Positions 52,150-64,000 of a stretch of 64,000 bases of DNA are shown one piece after another (the first letter of the stretch is position 1; each line of letters starts with the position of its first letter). The stretch covers positions 124,620,001 to 124,684,000 of the forward strand of contig NC_043000.1 in NCBI RefSeq assembly GCF_006345805.1, written 5' to 3'. The notes beneath the pieces are model-generated. The model ran no database searches. It was not told the DNA's origin and saw only the letters and a program-made list of their open reading frames with translations. This stretch comes from Octopus sinensis (Eukaryota). The position numbers and the translations under genes were made by a program.

Positions 52150-52750
52150 GCTCTAACGTTATTTTTGTTTCGATGTCTATTTAGATTCAAAAGAAGATTT
52201 GCATTTTCTAGCTCGGAACTGAAACAACTAATAAGGAGAATACAGGAGGCGGTAAAAAAAGCCAGCTTCTATATATGGCTGAAATGGGAAGACCAAAAAT
52301 GGCTTGAAAGTCATAACATGCCGGCAGGAAAATAACATCACTTGGTGAGACAGGCTGACACTGAAGTAGCTTCGCTGATTGACAGGTGACGGTCTCGTTT
52401 AGAAAGTGTGTGGGCTAAGACTACACGCTCTTCATTGATCAGTTAAAGTTTAGACAGTGTCACATGAAAACTTGCTAAGGCTGCCTGCTGGAGCCTAGCA
52501 GCAGGTATTTAAAGGGAAATTTGACAAGATAGGCAGTCGCCCGCTGACACTTGTTGACGCTACATTGAAGAGGCCAGGGAACAGAAGAAAGAAGGAAAAA
52601 GAAGACATGCACCCAACACCAGAGCTGAAGACACCTCCGAAAGGGGGGGGGGCTCCACCACGTCAAAACAGTAGAGGAGTAGGGGCCGAAACTGGACGTG
52701 TTTTTTTTCTGATGATGTCTTGAGCTAACTGGATCCTATAAAGGAGCTGT
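52150..52750 (+). mobile_element. Probable HERO-like (RLE-clade) non-LTR retrotransposon 3' end plus 3' UTR
   Basis: ELKQLIRRIQEAVKKASFYIWLKWEDQKW resembles the 'EAAE.AS.WIW.KR...W' terminus as I recall it for HERO elements. Confidence 0.5.
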
Positions 52751-53238
52751 TGTGGTAGCAGACCACAAAACATGGTTGAAATTCCCCACATGTCATTTTG
52801 TGAGATAGCAGAATGTGATGGATTAAGATTTAGTTGCTCTTTCTAGCAAACCGAATGACCACATGCAGACTTCTTCATTGGCTTGTAGCATTATTTGCTT
52901 GTTCATGTTGGCACAAAAGTTAGGATGTTCTATGAAATGGATAATTCAATTTCTGCTATCATTTTTCACTGTTCCATCTTCAATTCTTTACAATTACAAA
53001 TGATATTCCACCCAAATGTTGAACTTTGGACAATATTATATAAGAGGCCCTTCCCCAACAACAGTCAAATCTCCTCCTACATTACTCACATCATTGCATA
53101 CAAGTTCTTTTCTTCTCCCTCTCTTTCTCTTCATATCTATTCTTTGACATCCTTTGTCCACTTCAATTTCTCATTTATATTTTTCTGTTCAAGTGTTAAG
53201 GCCTTCATTTCTTTCTCTCTCCCCCTCCCCCTCCCTCC

Positions 53239-53270
<32 letters not shown>

Positions 53271-53582
53271 TCCCCCGCTCTCTCTTTCTCTCTCTTGCTC
53301 TCTTCCCCTATCTCCCTCTCTGAAGAAAGACAAGCATGCAAAAATGTTAGGCGTTTCTTCTTCCTCACAGCATTAAATATATACCATAGACATGGCTATA
53401 GGCTCAGAGATGGCTGTGTGGCTAAGAAGCTCGCTGCTCAGCTATGAGGTTTCAGGTTCAGTCCCACTGTATGGCACTTTCGATAAGTATCTTCTTCTAT
53501 AGTCCTAAAGCAACCAATGTTGTGGATGGATTTGGGAGAAAGAAACTCAAAGAAGTCAATCACACATATACGTATTTGTGTA

Positions 53583-53830
53583 TATGAGGTGGTACTAAAG
53601 TGCTCCTTGTTATGTTTAATAAAAAATAACTTACTTACCTAAGTTTTAATATAGTCACCTATTTAGTTTGAAATAGTCACCTTGAACAACAATACACTGG
53701 TCCCAGCATTCCTGCCACTTTTGGAATCTGGCCTGGAAGTTATTTTCTGTAATTGATTTCAGGACCTTCTGCGATTTACTCTTGATTTCGACAACAGAGT
53801 TAAAATGGTGATCTTTGGTGATCGCATTTT
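53583..53830 (-). mobile_element. mariner transposase C-terminal fragment
   Basis: EIKSKSQKVLKSITENNFQARFQKWQECWDQCIVVQGDYF. Confidence 0.7.
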
Positions 53831-54334
53831 CATTATGTTCATATATACATCTCTATACGCACATACACATACATATGCAGATATACAAAATGTAGTCTAT
53901 ATGTACATGCACATAAATATGTGGATAGACGTATATACAAATAAAAACACATACGCAAAAAACATAAACCATAAAACATTCACATTTGCCGCAAAAAATT
54001 TGAATATACAAATGAGTTATATATGTATATACACAAATACACCCTCCTGTCTGTCAATCAAATTTATACCTGCAGATATATAAACGTATATACATACATA
54101 TATGTATGAAGGAAGGAGACAAGTACAACAGGTAGAGTCTAGCACTCGTATATATACAATAATTCGTACACATGTATATATACACACACATATACATTAG
54201 GTATATACTACATGCATATAAGTTACACTATTATAAAGGGTGAAAAATAATATACACAAAAAATATATAAAGTAATAAAAAATATATAAATATATAAGAG
54301 ATGTTAAGACATATGAAAGGCTTGTACATGGACA

Positions 54335-55107
54335 TAATATAAAAAGCAGGTTCTATCTGTGTTCTTGTGGGGTCCAAAAATGTAGTAAATGTTTTATCAT
54401 ATGTGGATATAACCCCAAAAGTTCAGTTCTTAAATTTAGACATGTAGTGGGGTCTAAAGAACTTCTCCAGATAAGCCATCTTTCCATATCACAAAGACCA
54501 CACTCTCCACTGCCTTTGGTGTAAGGCTTACACTTGACCAAGATCTTTCAGTGAATCTTATAGTTGACACCTTTTTCTTATATAACTGGATAATTTGGTT
54601 CTTTTACTTCTATCCCAGTGTCTGAAGCTTAAGGTGTTTTTGTTGAACTTGGCTTTAAAATTTCCCTCTGTGAGACCCACATATATCTTTGATGAAACTA
54701 TGTCCTTAGTGGTTATAGAGTCTACTGTGGCTTCATAAATGATGGCCTTGGTCATACAAGCTCCATTTAGTGGACACAAATTTTTAACTCTGCAGGAACA
54801 GCCTGCTTCATTTTGTTGTTTTTGTTTGTTGTATCCAATTATATTTTTAAAGTTAGTAGTAGAACTAAAACTAATTTTTAAGTTGTGCCTATTAAAGAGC
54901 TTTCTATAATTATGATTGATTGGAAAATGCCTATCTATAAGGGATAAGAAATATCTACCTATATTAAGGGTCACTTTGGGTGAGTAAGGTGGTGTGAACC
55001 AGATAATTTTCCTATTCTTATCTTTCCTTTTCTTTGTTGCTGGACTAATGACAGGTGCGTAGGTTATTTCCTAGTTAAAACCACTATATAATAAAGCTTT
55101 AAAAGAT
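54335..55107 (-). pseudogene. Penelope-like element linker plus GIY-YIG endonuclease, disrupted (probably Naiad-type)
   Basis: KALLYSGFN*...RKIIWFTPPYS..TLNIGRYFL...CSCRVKNLCPLNGAC...IYEATV...IYVGLTEGNFK...KCKPY..GECGLCDME...LNLRTEL...PH, with stops and frameshifts. The clade call is from recalled motifs only. Confidence 0.85.
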
Positions 55108-55156
55108 AGTATTTTTCGATATTATTATTATTATTATTATTATTATATTATTATTA

Positions 55157-55356
55157 TTGCCTTTGCACAGCTTCTAATGCTGGAGATGTACTACAGTGTC
55201 AGCTGTTCACTACCAGTAAACTAAGGTAACACCTCTTATTTTTCGAGCACCTTCCGGAGTATTCGAGCGGTTCCGAGCAGTGCTATTGCAGCCCCTATTT
55301 GCTCCATGTACTTCTTGAGATTTTTACTCACTGTTCCCAGGGCTCCGACAATTATT
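55157..55356 (-). mobile_element. R4/Dong-clade 3' fragment inserted in the (ATT)n of the palindromic element
   Basis: IIVGALGTVSKNLKKYMEQIG...ALLGTARILRKVLEK*; same family as 63192. Confidence 0.85.
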
Positions 55357-55358
55357 GA

Positions 55359-55432
<74 letters not shown>

Positions 55433-55568
55433 TCAATGCCTGGAATTGAACTCGGAATCTTGGGGTTAGTAGCCCACGTTCTCAACCACTATGGCATATG
55501 CCCATGGTGTAGTGGTAAAGAGCACGAGCTACTAATCCCAAGATTCTGAGTTCAATTCCAGGCAGTGA

Positions 55569-55630
<62 letters not shown>

Positions 55631-55683
55631 GTAACATCGAGAACTACCTTAGGAATGAGAACCCAGGTTCGAAATTTCCCCAG

Positions 55684-55728
55684 GACACCTGATGAAGGTT
55701 GGAGAGGATATCAGCCGAAACGTGTTAA
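55684..55728 (+). ncRNA. Minimal hammerhead motif; catalytic core intact, 3-nt deletion at the stem III/I junction
   Basis: GACAC CUGAUGA A GGUUG..CAGCC GAAA CGU GUU AA. Confidence 0.65.
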
Positions 55729-55780
55729 CAACAAACAAGATGAGGACAAATATTCATCAAATGTAAATAACGTAAATAAT

Positions 55781-56674
55781 GGACTTCAGAACATCCTGCA
55801 ACTTTTCTGGACGGTCTCTTTGTTTAAGTTGGTGAATGCTGCCATAATCCTTGCCTTCAGTTCATGTTTGGTGTTACAAGGAGTTTTGTTGGTCTCTCTC
55901 TCAACTGTGCTCCACACACAATAATCAAGGGGGTTGCAGTCTGAGGAGTTAGGTAACCATGACTGGGTTCTCCTGTTTGTGTGGCATGGTGTAAAGTCCT
56001 GTTGCTAGACACAGGGTTGTCCAGCAGCCGCCTTCATGACCCAGGATAGTACTACCTCCCCCAGGCACTGTGTTGAGTCTGAGGCTGTGTGGGAAGATGG
56101 AGGCATAACATCGCCATCGCTAGTAATCACTCCAAACACCATGATGTTGACTGGATGTTTGATTTTTATCCTTCTCAGTACATGTTTTAGGGACACAGCA
56201 AGCCAATAGTCGTTCTGTGTGTTCACCATCTGATCCTGGCAGAAATTTTTCTTGTCTAAGAAAAACCAAAGTATGTTCAGTTGGAAGGGATGCTTCAATT
56301 TGTTCAAAAGCTTTGTAGCATGGTTTTTCCTCTTGTCCTTGCTGGCTTGAGATAAACATTGGCTCTTTCTCATCTTGTATGAGGAATACCGAATGTCTTC
56401 ATACAATACCTGCCTGATAAGAAACTCAGACACTCCCATGTCCCTGGCGATGGACCTAATCATGGACCTAATTCAGGAGTTCTTTTCTATCAGAATGATT
56501 ACAGTCAGTTTTCCGAGCTGCCATACCTTCATAATCCAACTCTTTTCAAATCTTCTGCACTGTCCTCAGTTTGACACCAAAACACACTAAAATGTTTGTA
56601 TTGGAACTTCAGGCACAAATACCAAGCAGTACAGCATGTCGTTTCCAAATTTCTGGCAGAGTGAATTGTGTCAT
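55781..56674 (-). pseudogene. Tc1/mariner transposase pseudogene (maT/DD37D-like)
   Basis: MTQFTLPEIWKRHAV...WFFLDKKNFCQDQ...VMVFG-like IMVFGVITSDGDVMPP...QQDFTPCH...PNSSDCNPLDYCVWSTVE, with stops and deletions. Confidence 0.85.
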
Positions 56675-56865
56675 GGGGCTGTTTATTTTCACAGAGAAGG
56701 TGCCCAACTGACCCTACAATGCTGTATAGATGACAAAATCAAAAATAAACCATGCACATGTGTGAAATTAAAAATATAAAATGGCAATAATTTACCTATT
56801 GCACTCTGTGTATGTTTGTGTGTGTGTGTGTGTGTGTATGTGTGTATGTGTGTTTTAATAATTAA

Positions 56866-57128
56866 GGTAGCCACAAGTGACACCAGCACGCTAAAAATAG
56901 CAACCAGAAGATGACTACAACCACAAATTTTCACTGATACATATTAATTGAAATCAGAGGTATGAGCAGAAATTCTAAGCCCCTGTACCAATAACAAAAA
57001 GAATCGTACTGCTTTTCAATGTACAATTCTTTTCCCTCAATTTCAATTAATGTGTATCAGTGGAAATTTGTGGTTGTAGTCATCTTCTGGTCGCTATTTT
57101 TAGCATGCTGGTGCCACTTGTAGCACCC
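56866..57128. mobile_element. MITE with ~95-bp TIRs, TTAA target and GG...CC termini (Kolobok-like)
   Basis: TTAA|GGTAGCCACAAGTG...CACTTGTAGCACCC|TTAA. Confidence 0.65.
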
Positions 57129-57470
57129 TTAATAATTAATTAATAATTTTTTACCTTATGGTGTTACCTTGGTGGTTTGTTATGCACACACACACACACA
57201 CACATACACCATCGTCAGTCATCATCATCATCGTCATCATCATCATTTAACATTATTCACTATTCCATGCTTGTATGGATCAGATGGAAGTAGATTTTCT
57301 ATTACTGGAGGCCCTTCCTGTCACCAACCCTCACCTTTCTCCAAACAAAGTGATATCTCCCCATGGCTAGATTATATTTTTTACAGATTAGAAATTAATG
57401 ACATTGCTTGTATGACAGTGATGCTCATTTACAACCATTACAAGACATCAAGACCAGGGACACACACTCA

Positions 57471-57511
<41 letters not shown>

Positions 57512-57703
57512 CATATATATATATGAATACATATATCTATATACGTGTGTGTGTATAGTATATACATGAGAGGTTTTGGTATCCAGAAGACCCAAGATGG
57601 CAGGTAAGGCTATGTAAGTGCTACGAGAGGACTGTAGTTAGACTCTTGGTTCAATAATAAAATGAGTGTGAAGTCATATGCAGGTCTTGTGTAAGCATAT
57701 ATA

Positions 57704-57826
57704 TGTTAAATAAAATGAGACAACAAAGTCAAGGCTGTGAAGAATTTATAAGACATTTATAAATGTTTTATAAATGTCTTATAAATTCCACACTAACTTG
57801 ACTTTGTTGTCTCATTTTATTTAACA
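57704..57826. repeat. Near-perfect 123-nt hairpin
   Basis: Arms of about 60 nt are complementary except for one 8-nt internal bubble. Confidence 0.85.
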
Positions 57827-57829
57827 CAC

Positions 57830-58150
57830 ATATATATATAATTGCCACCAGCCGTGCTTCCTTAATCTCAGGGTGGGGATTATTCTGCCAATTCGTACTC
57901 TGGCGACGCATTTGCCACAATAAGTCAGCAGAAGTACCCATTCCTGTGTCCTTATCAGCACAGTGGAGTGGCTTATTGCGTCGTCTTCATTGCCAAACTT
58001 TACTTCCACTGTGCTGTATTTCTTTCCACGTGTATGAAATGTGGTAAGCCTCTTTATGTTCTCGAGGCACTCCTCTATTGCCTCTATTGGGGCAATTTCT
58101 ATCTTTCTAGAAAACGTGGATAGTGTTCTGTACACCACTGGCCACATTAT
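57830..58150 (-). mobile_element. Possible LINE ORF1 (RRM-like) fragment
   Basis: GC-richer ORF: VVYRTLS...FHTRGKKYSTVEVKFGNEDDA...VARVRIGRI. Resemblance by eye only. Confidence 0.35.
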
Positions 58151-58487
58151 TAGTCAATTCTTCTAGTGGAGGCAGCCTCAAACTGGTTCCTTCCCTTTCT
58201 ATCAATTTACTGCCCTCCTTCCACTTTCTGGATGGTAAATGTTTTTATTTTTCATTCCCTTTGAAGTTTATCTCTAATAGAGGTTTGGATTTTGGCTGTT
58301 CCTTCTAGCATGCCAGAAATCCTATGATGGATACCTCTTATGTGTTTAAATGTACACTATTTATATGAATATTATATAGTCTATTGACTAATTTTTCTAC
58401 TTGCTAGGTCACTGGTAGTAAAAATTTCTAAAATCTTTATTACCCTGATATTATTAATTATATATATATATATAGATAGATAGATAA

Positions 58488-58570
<83 letters not shown>

Positions 58571-58600
58571 CACACACACACACACACATTCATATTTGTA

Positions 58601-58792
58601 AGAGTGGGGTACTGAAATGTTCCTGGCATTGGGCAAAAGAAAACATAGGAGGATCAGTTAATTATGATTTTATTCAACATATTCCCCTCTCAGATTCACA
58701 CACTTATTGCAGTGGTCCTTCAGTTTTTCTAAGCCCTGTAAAAGAACTTTTCATGATACCCTTAAAGCCAGGGACTTTTCAGCACCCTCTCA
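58601..58792 (-). mobile_element. mariner-derived MITE
   Basis: Reverse complement of the 18729/39840 family; TA-flanked. Confidence 0.75.
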
Positions 58793-59149
58793 TACGTATG
58801 TATGTATGTGTGTGTGTGTATGTGTGTGTGCGTGTGTATGTATGTATGTATGTATGTATGTATGTATGTATGCATGTATGTACATATGTATGTATGAATG
58901 TGTGTTTGCGTTCCTGTGTTTCTGCCTTCTTGTCATGACATAGCATAATAGCCGTAAATAAGTATCCCCACCTTACAAGCAGTGTCATTTGTTTCCAATC
59001 TTGCATGAAAACATTTCCAACCATGGGGAAATATTAGCTTGCTTGGAAACAAGTGAGGCTTGGCAAGAGGAAGGGCATTCAGCCATACAAAACATACATC
59101 AATGAATTCCATCTGATGACTCATACGAGCATGAAAAAGTGGATGTGGT

Positions 59150-59582
<433 letters not shown>

Positions 59583-59701
59583 TTAGAAATATATTATATA
59601 CAGAAATTACTGCTTCGTTTAATTCACTAATTTTAATTTATTTGGATGTTGTATCACCAAGAAATCACTGCACAGAGATTCTTCTGTAACATATAAAGAA
59701 T

Positions 59702-59734
<33 letters not shown>

Positions 59735-59774
59735 CACACACACACACACACCACACACACACACACACACTGAC

Positions 59775-60100
59775 ATTCTGTCGGTTGCAATGGTGAGTGT
59801 TCTAGTTGATACGATCAACCGAACAGCCTGCTTGTGAAACTAATGTGCAAGTGGCTGAGTACTCCACAGACATGCATACTGTTAATGTAGCTCTCAGGGA
59901 GACTCAGCACAACACAGAATGTGGCAAGGCTGGCCCCTTTGAATTACAGGTACAACTCATTTTTGGTGGCTGAGATGACTGGGGCAGCATGAAATAAAGT
60001 GTTTTGCTCAAGGACACAAAACTCCCCCTATGCTAGGATTTGAACTCACGGCTTTATGACCCTGTGCTAAAAAGGCTGACCACAAAGCCACATACCTTCA
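59775..60100 (-). mobile_element. SINE family D
   Basis: Reverse complement of 41812-42068. Confidence 0.7.
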
Positions 60101-60137
60101 CTACACACACACACACACATATATATATCCATATATA

Positions 60138-60374
60138 CAGGGTATAACTGAAAGGTTGCCCTGATTTCAAAGGTTAATAAAAAAACAAGTGCATCAAGAT
60201 ACATGAAAGAGTGATGCTCTCCATTTCAGGCCATAGTGGGTACTATCTAAAACAGAAAAAAAAAAAAAATGGCATTTAATGAATTTCATAGAAATATAAA
60301 GTTTTTTGATGCATCTTCATGTATTTATTTTTTATTAACCTTTGAAATCAGGGCACTCTTTCTGCTGCACCCTG
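60138..60374. mobile_element. Tc1/mariner-type MITE
   Basis: TA|CAGGGT...GCCCTGATTTCAAAGGTTAATAAAAA, mirrored at ...ACCCTG|TA. Confidence 0.8.
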
Positions 60375-60543
60375 TATATATGTTCAACAACAGTATTTCA
60401 AAGAGATGGAAGAAATGTCTTTCTTGTACCAGTTTCTTTCTTTCTTTCTTTCGCTCTTTCTTTCTTTTTTCTTTCTGTCTCTCTTTCTTTTTTCTTTCTT
60501 TCTTTCTATCTTTCTTTCTTTCTTCCTTCCTTCCTTCCTTCCT

Positions 60544-60587
<44 letters not shown>

Positions 60588-61332
60588 TCCTTCTTTCTTT
60601 ATTAATGATGCCATAGGGTGTGTGTGTGTGTTTTTTTTTCGTTTTCATTTGCTTAATTTAAAATTGTCTCCAACCATTTCTTGAGGTGTGTTGTGGAAAA
60701 TTTCTAATTTCAAATGACAAAGGAAATTGTTTTGGAAGTTGGTTGTTTGGTTGTTTGGCATGTAAGCATGATTAGGAAGAACAAGCAAACTGCAAAACGT
60801 TGGTGGAATTGTGTCATGAGATATTTTTATCATTAAAATATAATAAAAGACAAAAAAAAAAAAAAAAACGAATAAAAGAAAAGAGATGTTACTTCTCAAA
60901 TGAATAATGCTTGCAACACAAATGGAGAAAAGACAAGAAAAAAACAAGCATATGCAATAATGAATACAGGGGTTAAAAAAAATGAAAAAAAAACTAATGA
61001 AAAATCTTAGAAATGATAAAGGAACAAAAATATTAGGAAGGAGACAAAAACCGTGTTCTAAGCTGAATAGTATGTGAAATCTCATTTAAAAGTTTGTGAG
61101 ACAACCTAAGGTGTTAGATTTAATATGACATAGAAGAGAGTAAGATCAGCAAAATGCTTTTATTAGATACAGAAAGTCAGAAAATTTCTGCAGGTTGAAA
61201 ATCTGATAAAACTCTGTTATATTACTCTTTCTCCCTTTGTTTTTCTCTGTCTCTGTGTTTCTCTGTTTCTCTTTGTATCTCTCTCTATCTCTCAGTCTCT
61301 GTTGCTCTCTTCCTCTGTCACTCTCCGTCTCT

Positions 61333-61472
61333 GTCTGTGTTTGTCACTTTCTCTGTCTCTGTCTGTGTTTGTCACTTTCTCTGTCTCTGTCTGTGTTTGT
61401 CACTTTCTCTGTCTCTGTCTGTGTTTGTCACTTTCTCTGTCTCTGTCTGTGTTTGTCACTTTCTCTGTCTCT
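61333..61472. repeat. 28-bp minisatellite, about 5 copies, within a CT-rich low-complexity tract (61240-61880)
   Basis: Unit gtctgtgtttgtcactttctctgtctct. Confidence 0.9.
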
Positions 61473-61849
61473 GTCTCTCTGCATCTGTTTCTCTCTGTTG
61501 CTCTCTTGTCCCAATCTCTGTCACACTCTGATCTATGTCTCTCTGTTGCACACTCCCTTTGTTATTCTGTCTTTGTCACTGTCTCTCTCTGTCACTCTCT
61601 GTCTCTTTGTTTCTCTCTCTCTCTGTCACTTTCTGTCTCTCTGTTTATATCTGTCCTTGCATACATTTCCCTCTCTCTCTCTCTCGCTCTCTCACTGCAC
61701 ACACTACTCTCTCTTCACTTCCTTCTCATTCTCTCATACTCTCTGTCCTTCTGAGCATACACTTCTCTCTCCCTCTCTCTTTCCATTTCTCCTCTCTTTT
61801 TTTCATACACACATACACTCTTTCTCTCTCTCCCTCCACCCCTCTCTCC

Positions 61850-61885
<36 letters not shown>

Positions 61886-62524
61886 TTCTTCTCGTTTGCA
61901 CACATATATACACTCTATTGCAAGTTTATTTCAATCGGAATTCTTATGCCCTTCCAAACAGACCAGTTCACACATATACATATATTGATTTCTAAGCTTG
62001 GCATAAGGCCACAAATTTGGGTCAGGAAACAGTCAAATTCACTCGACCCCAGTACTTGATTGGTACTGATTTTATCGACCCTGAAAAGATAAAAGGCAAA
62101 GCTAATCCTGGTGGGATATGAATTCTGAAGGTAGAGGAACGTAACTAAATACCGCAATGCAATTTATCGCTACTTTATCACTTTACTGATGCTGCCAATC
62201 TAACTCAATCTCCACCTTCACCAGTGCATATATTATCATATATTATATGAGCCAATAAAGGAGCTTTCAAGAGGTCATTTAACCTACTAGAAATAGAAGC
62301 CAATTCATCATTAAATTATCTCCTATTGTTTTCGAAGAAATGCATTAAAAAATGTAGGCTTGCATGTACTATGCTCAAGGAAAAGACAGGTTGGTCATGA
62401 ATAGAATGTCTGTGACTAGTGATTTGCTTGATTAAGATTGTCCTGGAGCTAAACAACAACATATATGCCGTAAATAGAGATTTTGATATATGGAATATTT
62501 ACATACGTATGTATAGACAGATGC

Positions 62525-62765
62525 AGTTTCGATTCCCAGACGGGTGTTGTGTGTTTATTGAGCAAAAAAACCCCAAGAGCTCCACGAGGCTCTGGCAGGG
62601 GGTGGTGGCGACCCCTGTTATGCTCTTTCACCACAACTTTCTCTCACTCTCTCTTCCTGTTTCTTGAGTAATGCTGCGATGGACTGGTGTCCCGTCCCGC
62701 TGGTGGGGACACATACGCCACAGAAATCGGGAAACCGGGCCCATGAGCCTGGCTAGGCTTGAAAA
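62525..62765 (+). mobile_element. SINE with V-domain-like motif
   Basis: gcgatggactggtgtcccgtcc; related to 33372. Confidence 0.55.
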
Positions 62766-63136
62766 GGGTGACGTTTACATATACACAGGTATTAATTTCA
62801 TCAGGGGTTAGGGATTTCTATAATCGATAAATTGACCCCAGTGCATTATTGGTATATAAACGTTGTTCTTCTTTGTACTTCTTTATATTCTTCCCGGTTC
62901 CATTTAGTTCTTTTACATTTTTGATTTTGTGGTCATTGTGGTGGTGATCTTTGGGGGTTTAATTTGGGACAAATCTTGTTTAAGTGACCTTCCAGGTTTG
63001 TATTTTTTAAATACATATTTTACCTGTGAATTTGCGTGTGTAATCTGGGAATGCATACAATGAGCTTCTCTGCCCTAGGTGTATGGAAAATACTCAGCAA
63101 GAAATGGAAGAAAATTTGAAGAAAGAAGAAAAAAAA

Positions 63137-63170
<34 letters not shown>

Positions 63171-63191
63171 TAATAATAATAATAATAATAA

Positions 63192-63504
63192 TGCGATAAG
63201 GAAGAAAGAAAAGCCGAAAGATATGACAGATTAGCTTGGGAGGTTAAACAGTTGTGGTCAAGGGGAATGGTGGTAGTAGTACCAATAATTGCCAGAGCCC
63301 TGGGAAGAGTGAGTTAAAAATCTTGAGAAGTACATGGAACAAATAGGAGCTGTAATAAGGGTGGAGCACTTACAGAAAACAGCACTGCTTGGAACTGCTC
63401 GAATACTCTGGATGGAGCTTGAAAAATAAGGGGTGTCGCTGGTAGTAAACAACTGGCACCATAGAACATCTCCAGCATTAGAAGCTGTGCAAAGACAATA
63501 ATAA
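63192..63504 (+). mobile_element. R4/Dong-clade 3' fragment downstream of (AAT)n
   Basis: KAERYDRLAWEVKQLW...VVVPII.RALG...YMEQIG..IRVEHLQKTALLGTARIL; ends caataataa. Confidence 0.85.
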
Positions 63505-63537
<33 letters not shown>

Positions 63538-63552
63538 TTGATGATAATAATA

Positions 63553-64000
63553 AATGCCCTGATGTAGTATCAGACAGTGGCTCTCATGGCTTCTGATCTT
63601 AACTGATTGGAAGTGTTATCATGTACATTGTTTTGACTTGGTATAAAAGATGGGCTACAGCAAATATTCTGCTCAATATCACAGATTAGCTTGTCAGTTG
63701 TTTGACCTTAACCAGTTGACCATGTCCACTAGTGGCTGATGATATGTGCATCTCTGACCACGAGCAGAAGTAGTGGAGAATCATCATAGCTATGTGTTGA
63801 GAGGGATTCTTTGGGGTTTGAATAATTCACCTCTGGAAACATGGGTGTTTTGTTCAACATCCTTAAATAACCCTTGTTCAAGGAGCTTTTGAGCAGGATG
63901 GGTTACTCAACCAGAAGAAAATTCTAACTGGACCCCACCTGCAAAGTCATATGCTGTTTATCTTGATATGAGATCACCATGTCGTGCACACATGGTTGTG
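63553..64000. mobile_element. Unclassified interspersed-repeat-like sequence
   Basis: GC-richer, begins directly after a (GAT)n tail and has no ORF. Single copy here, so its repeat status is inferred. Confidence 0.35.

Larger units (their letters stand above)
55108..55780. mobile_element. Palindromic tRNA-head/hammerhead element, copy 3, with both head-to-head tRNA heads
   Basis: 55429-55572 is an imperfect palindrome of two tRNA-like heads, each followed outward by (AAT)n. The right arm carries the HHR; the left arm is cut at gtatttttcgat. Confidence 0.8.

Noticed and set aside
54335-55107. Selenocysteine-encoding Naiad PLE
   Set aside because: The conserved Cys positions are not TGA. The in-frame TGA seen falls at a conserved Trp position in a frameshifted region, consistent with decay.
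55501-55572. Functional tRNA gene (also 4735-4802 and the SINE heads)
   Set aside because: A/B boxes and an anticodon-like arm are present, but the acceptor and T stems do not pair properly and the sequence is embedded in a repeat.

Overview
AT-rich eukaryotic, repeat-dominated genomic DNA. I infer a coleoid cephalopod, most likely Octopus, from the tRNA-derived SINE families and microsatellite load. I recognise no intact protein-coding gene and found no rRNA, genuine tRNA or CRISPR array. Most long ORFs in the track are read-throughs of microsatellites or minisatellites. The window holds many SINEs and MITEs plus decayed transposable-element coding fragments: Penelope-like GIY-YIG (2), R4/Dong (3), HERO-like, RTE, L2/CR1, hAT, mariner, maT/Tc1 and a Helitron end. 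The most notable signal is RNA-level. At least nine minimal type-I hammerhead ribozyme (HHR) motifs, intact or decayed and from several distinct families, can be folded by eye. Four lie within 1.7 kb (11.4-13.1 kb). One family sits in a palindromic non-coding element whose arms each consist of a tRNA-like Pol III head, an (AAT)n spacer and an HHR; three copies occur (4.5-5.1, 23.8 and 55.1-55.8 kb). A few isolated splice-site-bounded segments could be exons of a plus-strand host gene, but support is weak. Repeat boundaries are read by eye and approximate unless a TSD or TIR is quoted.
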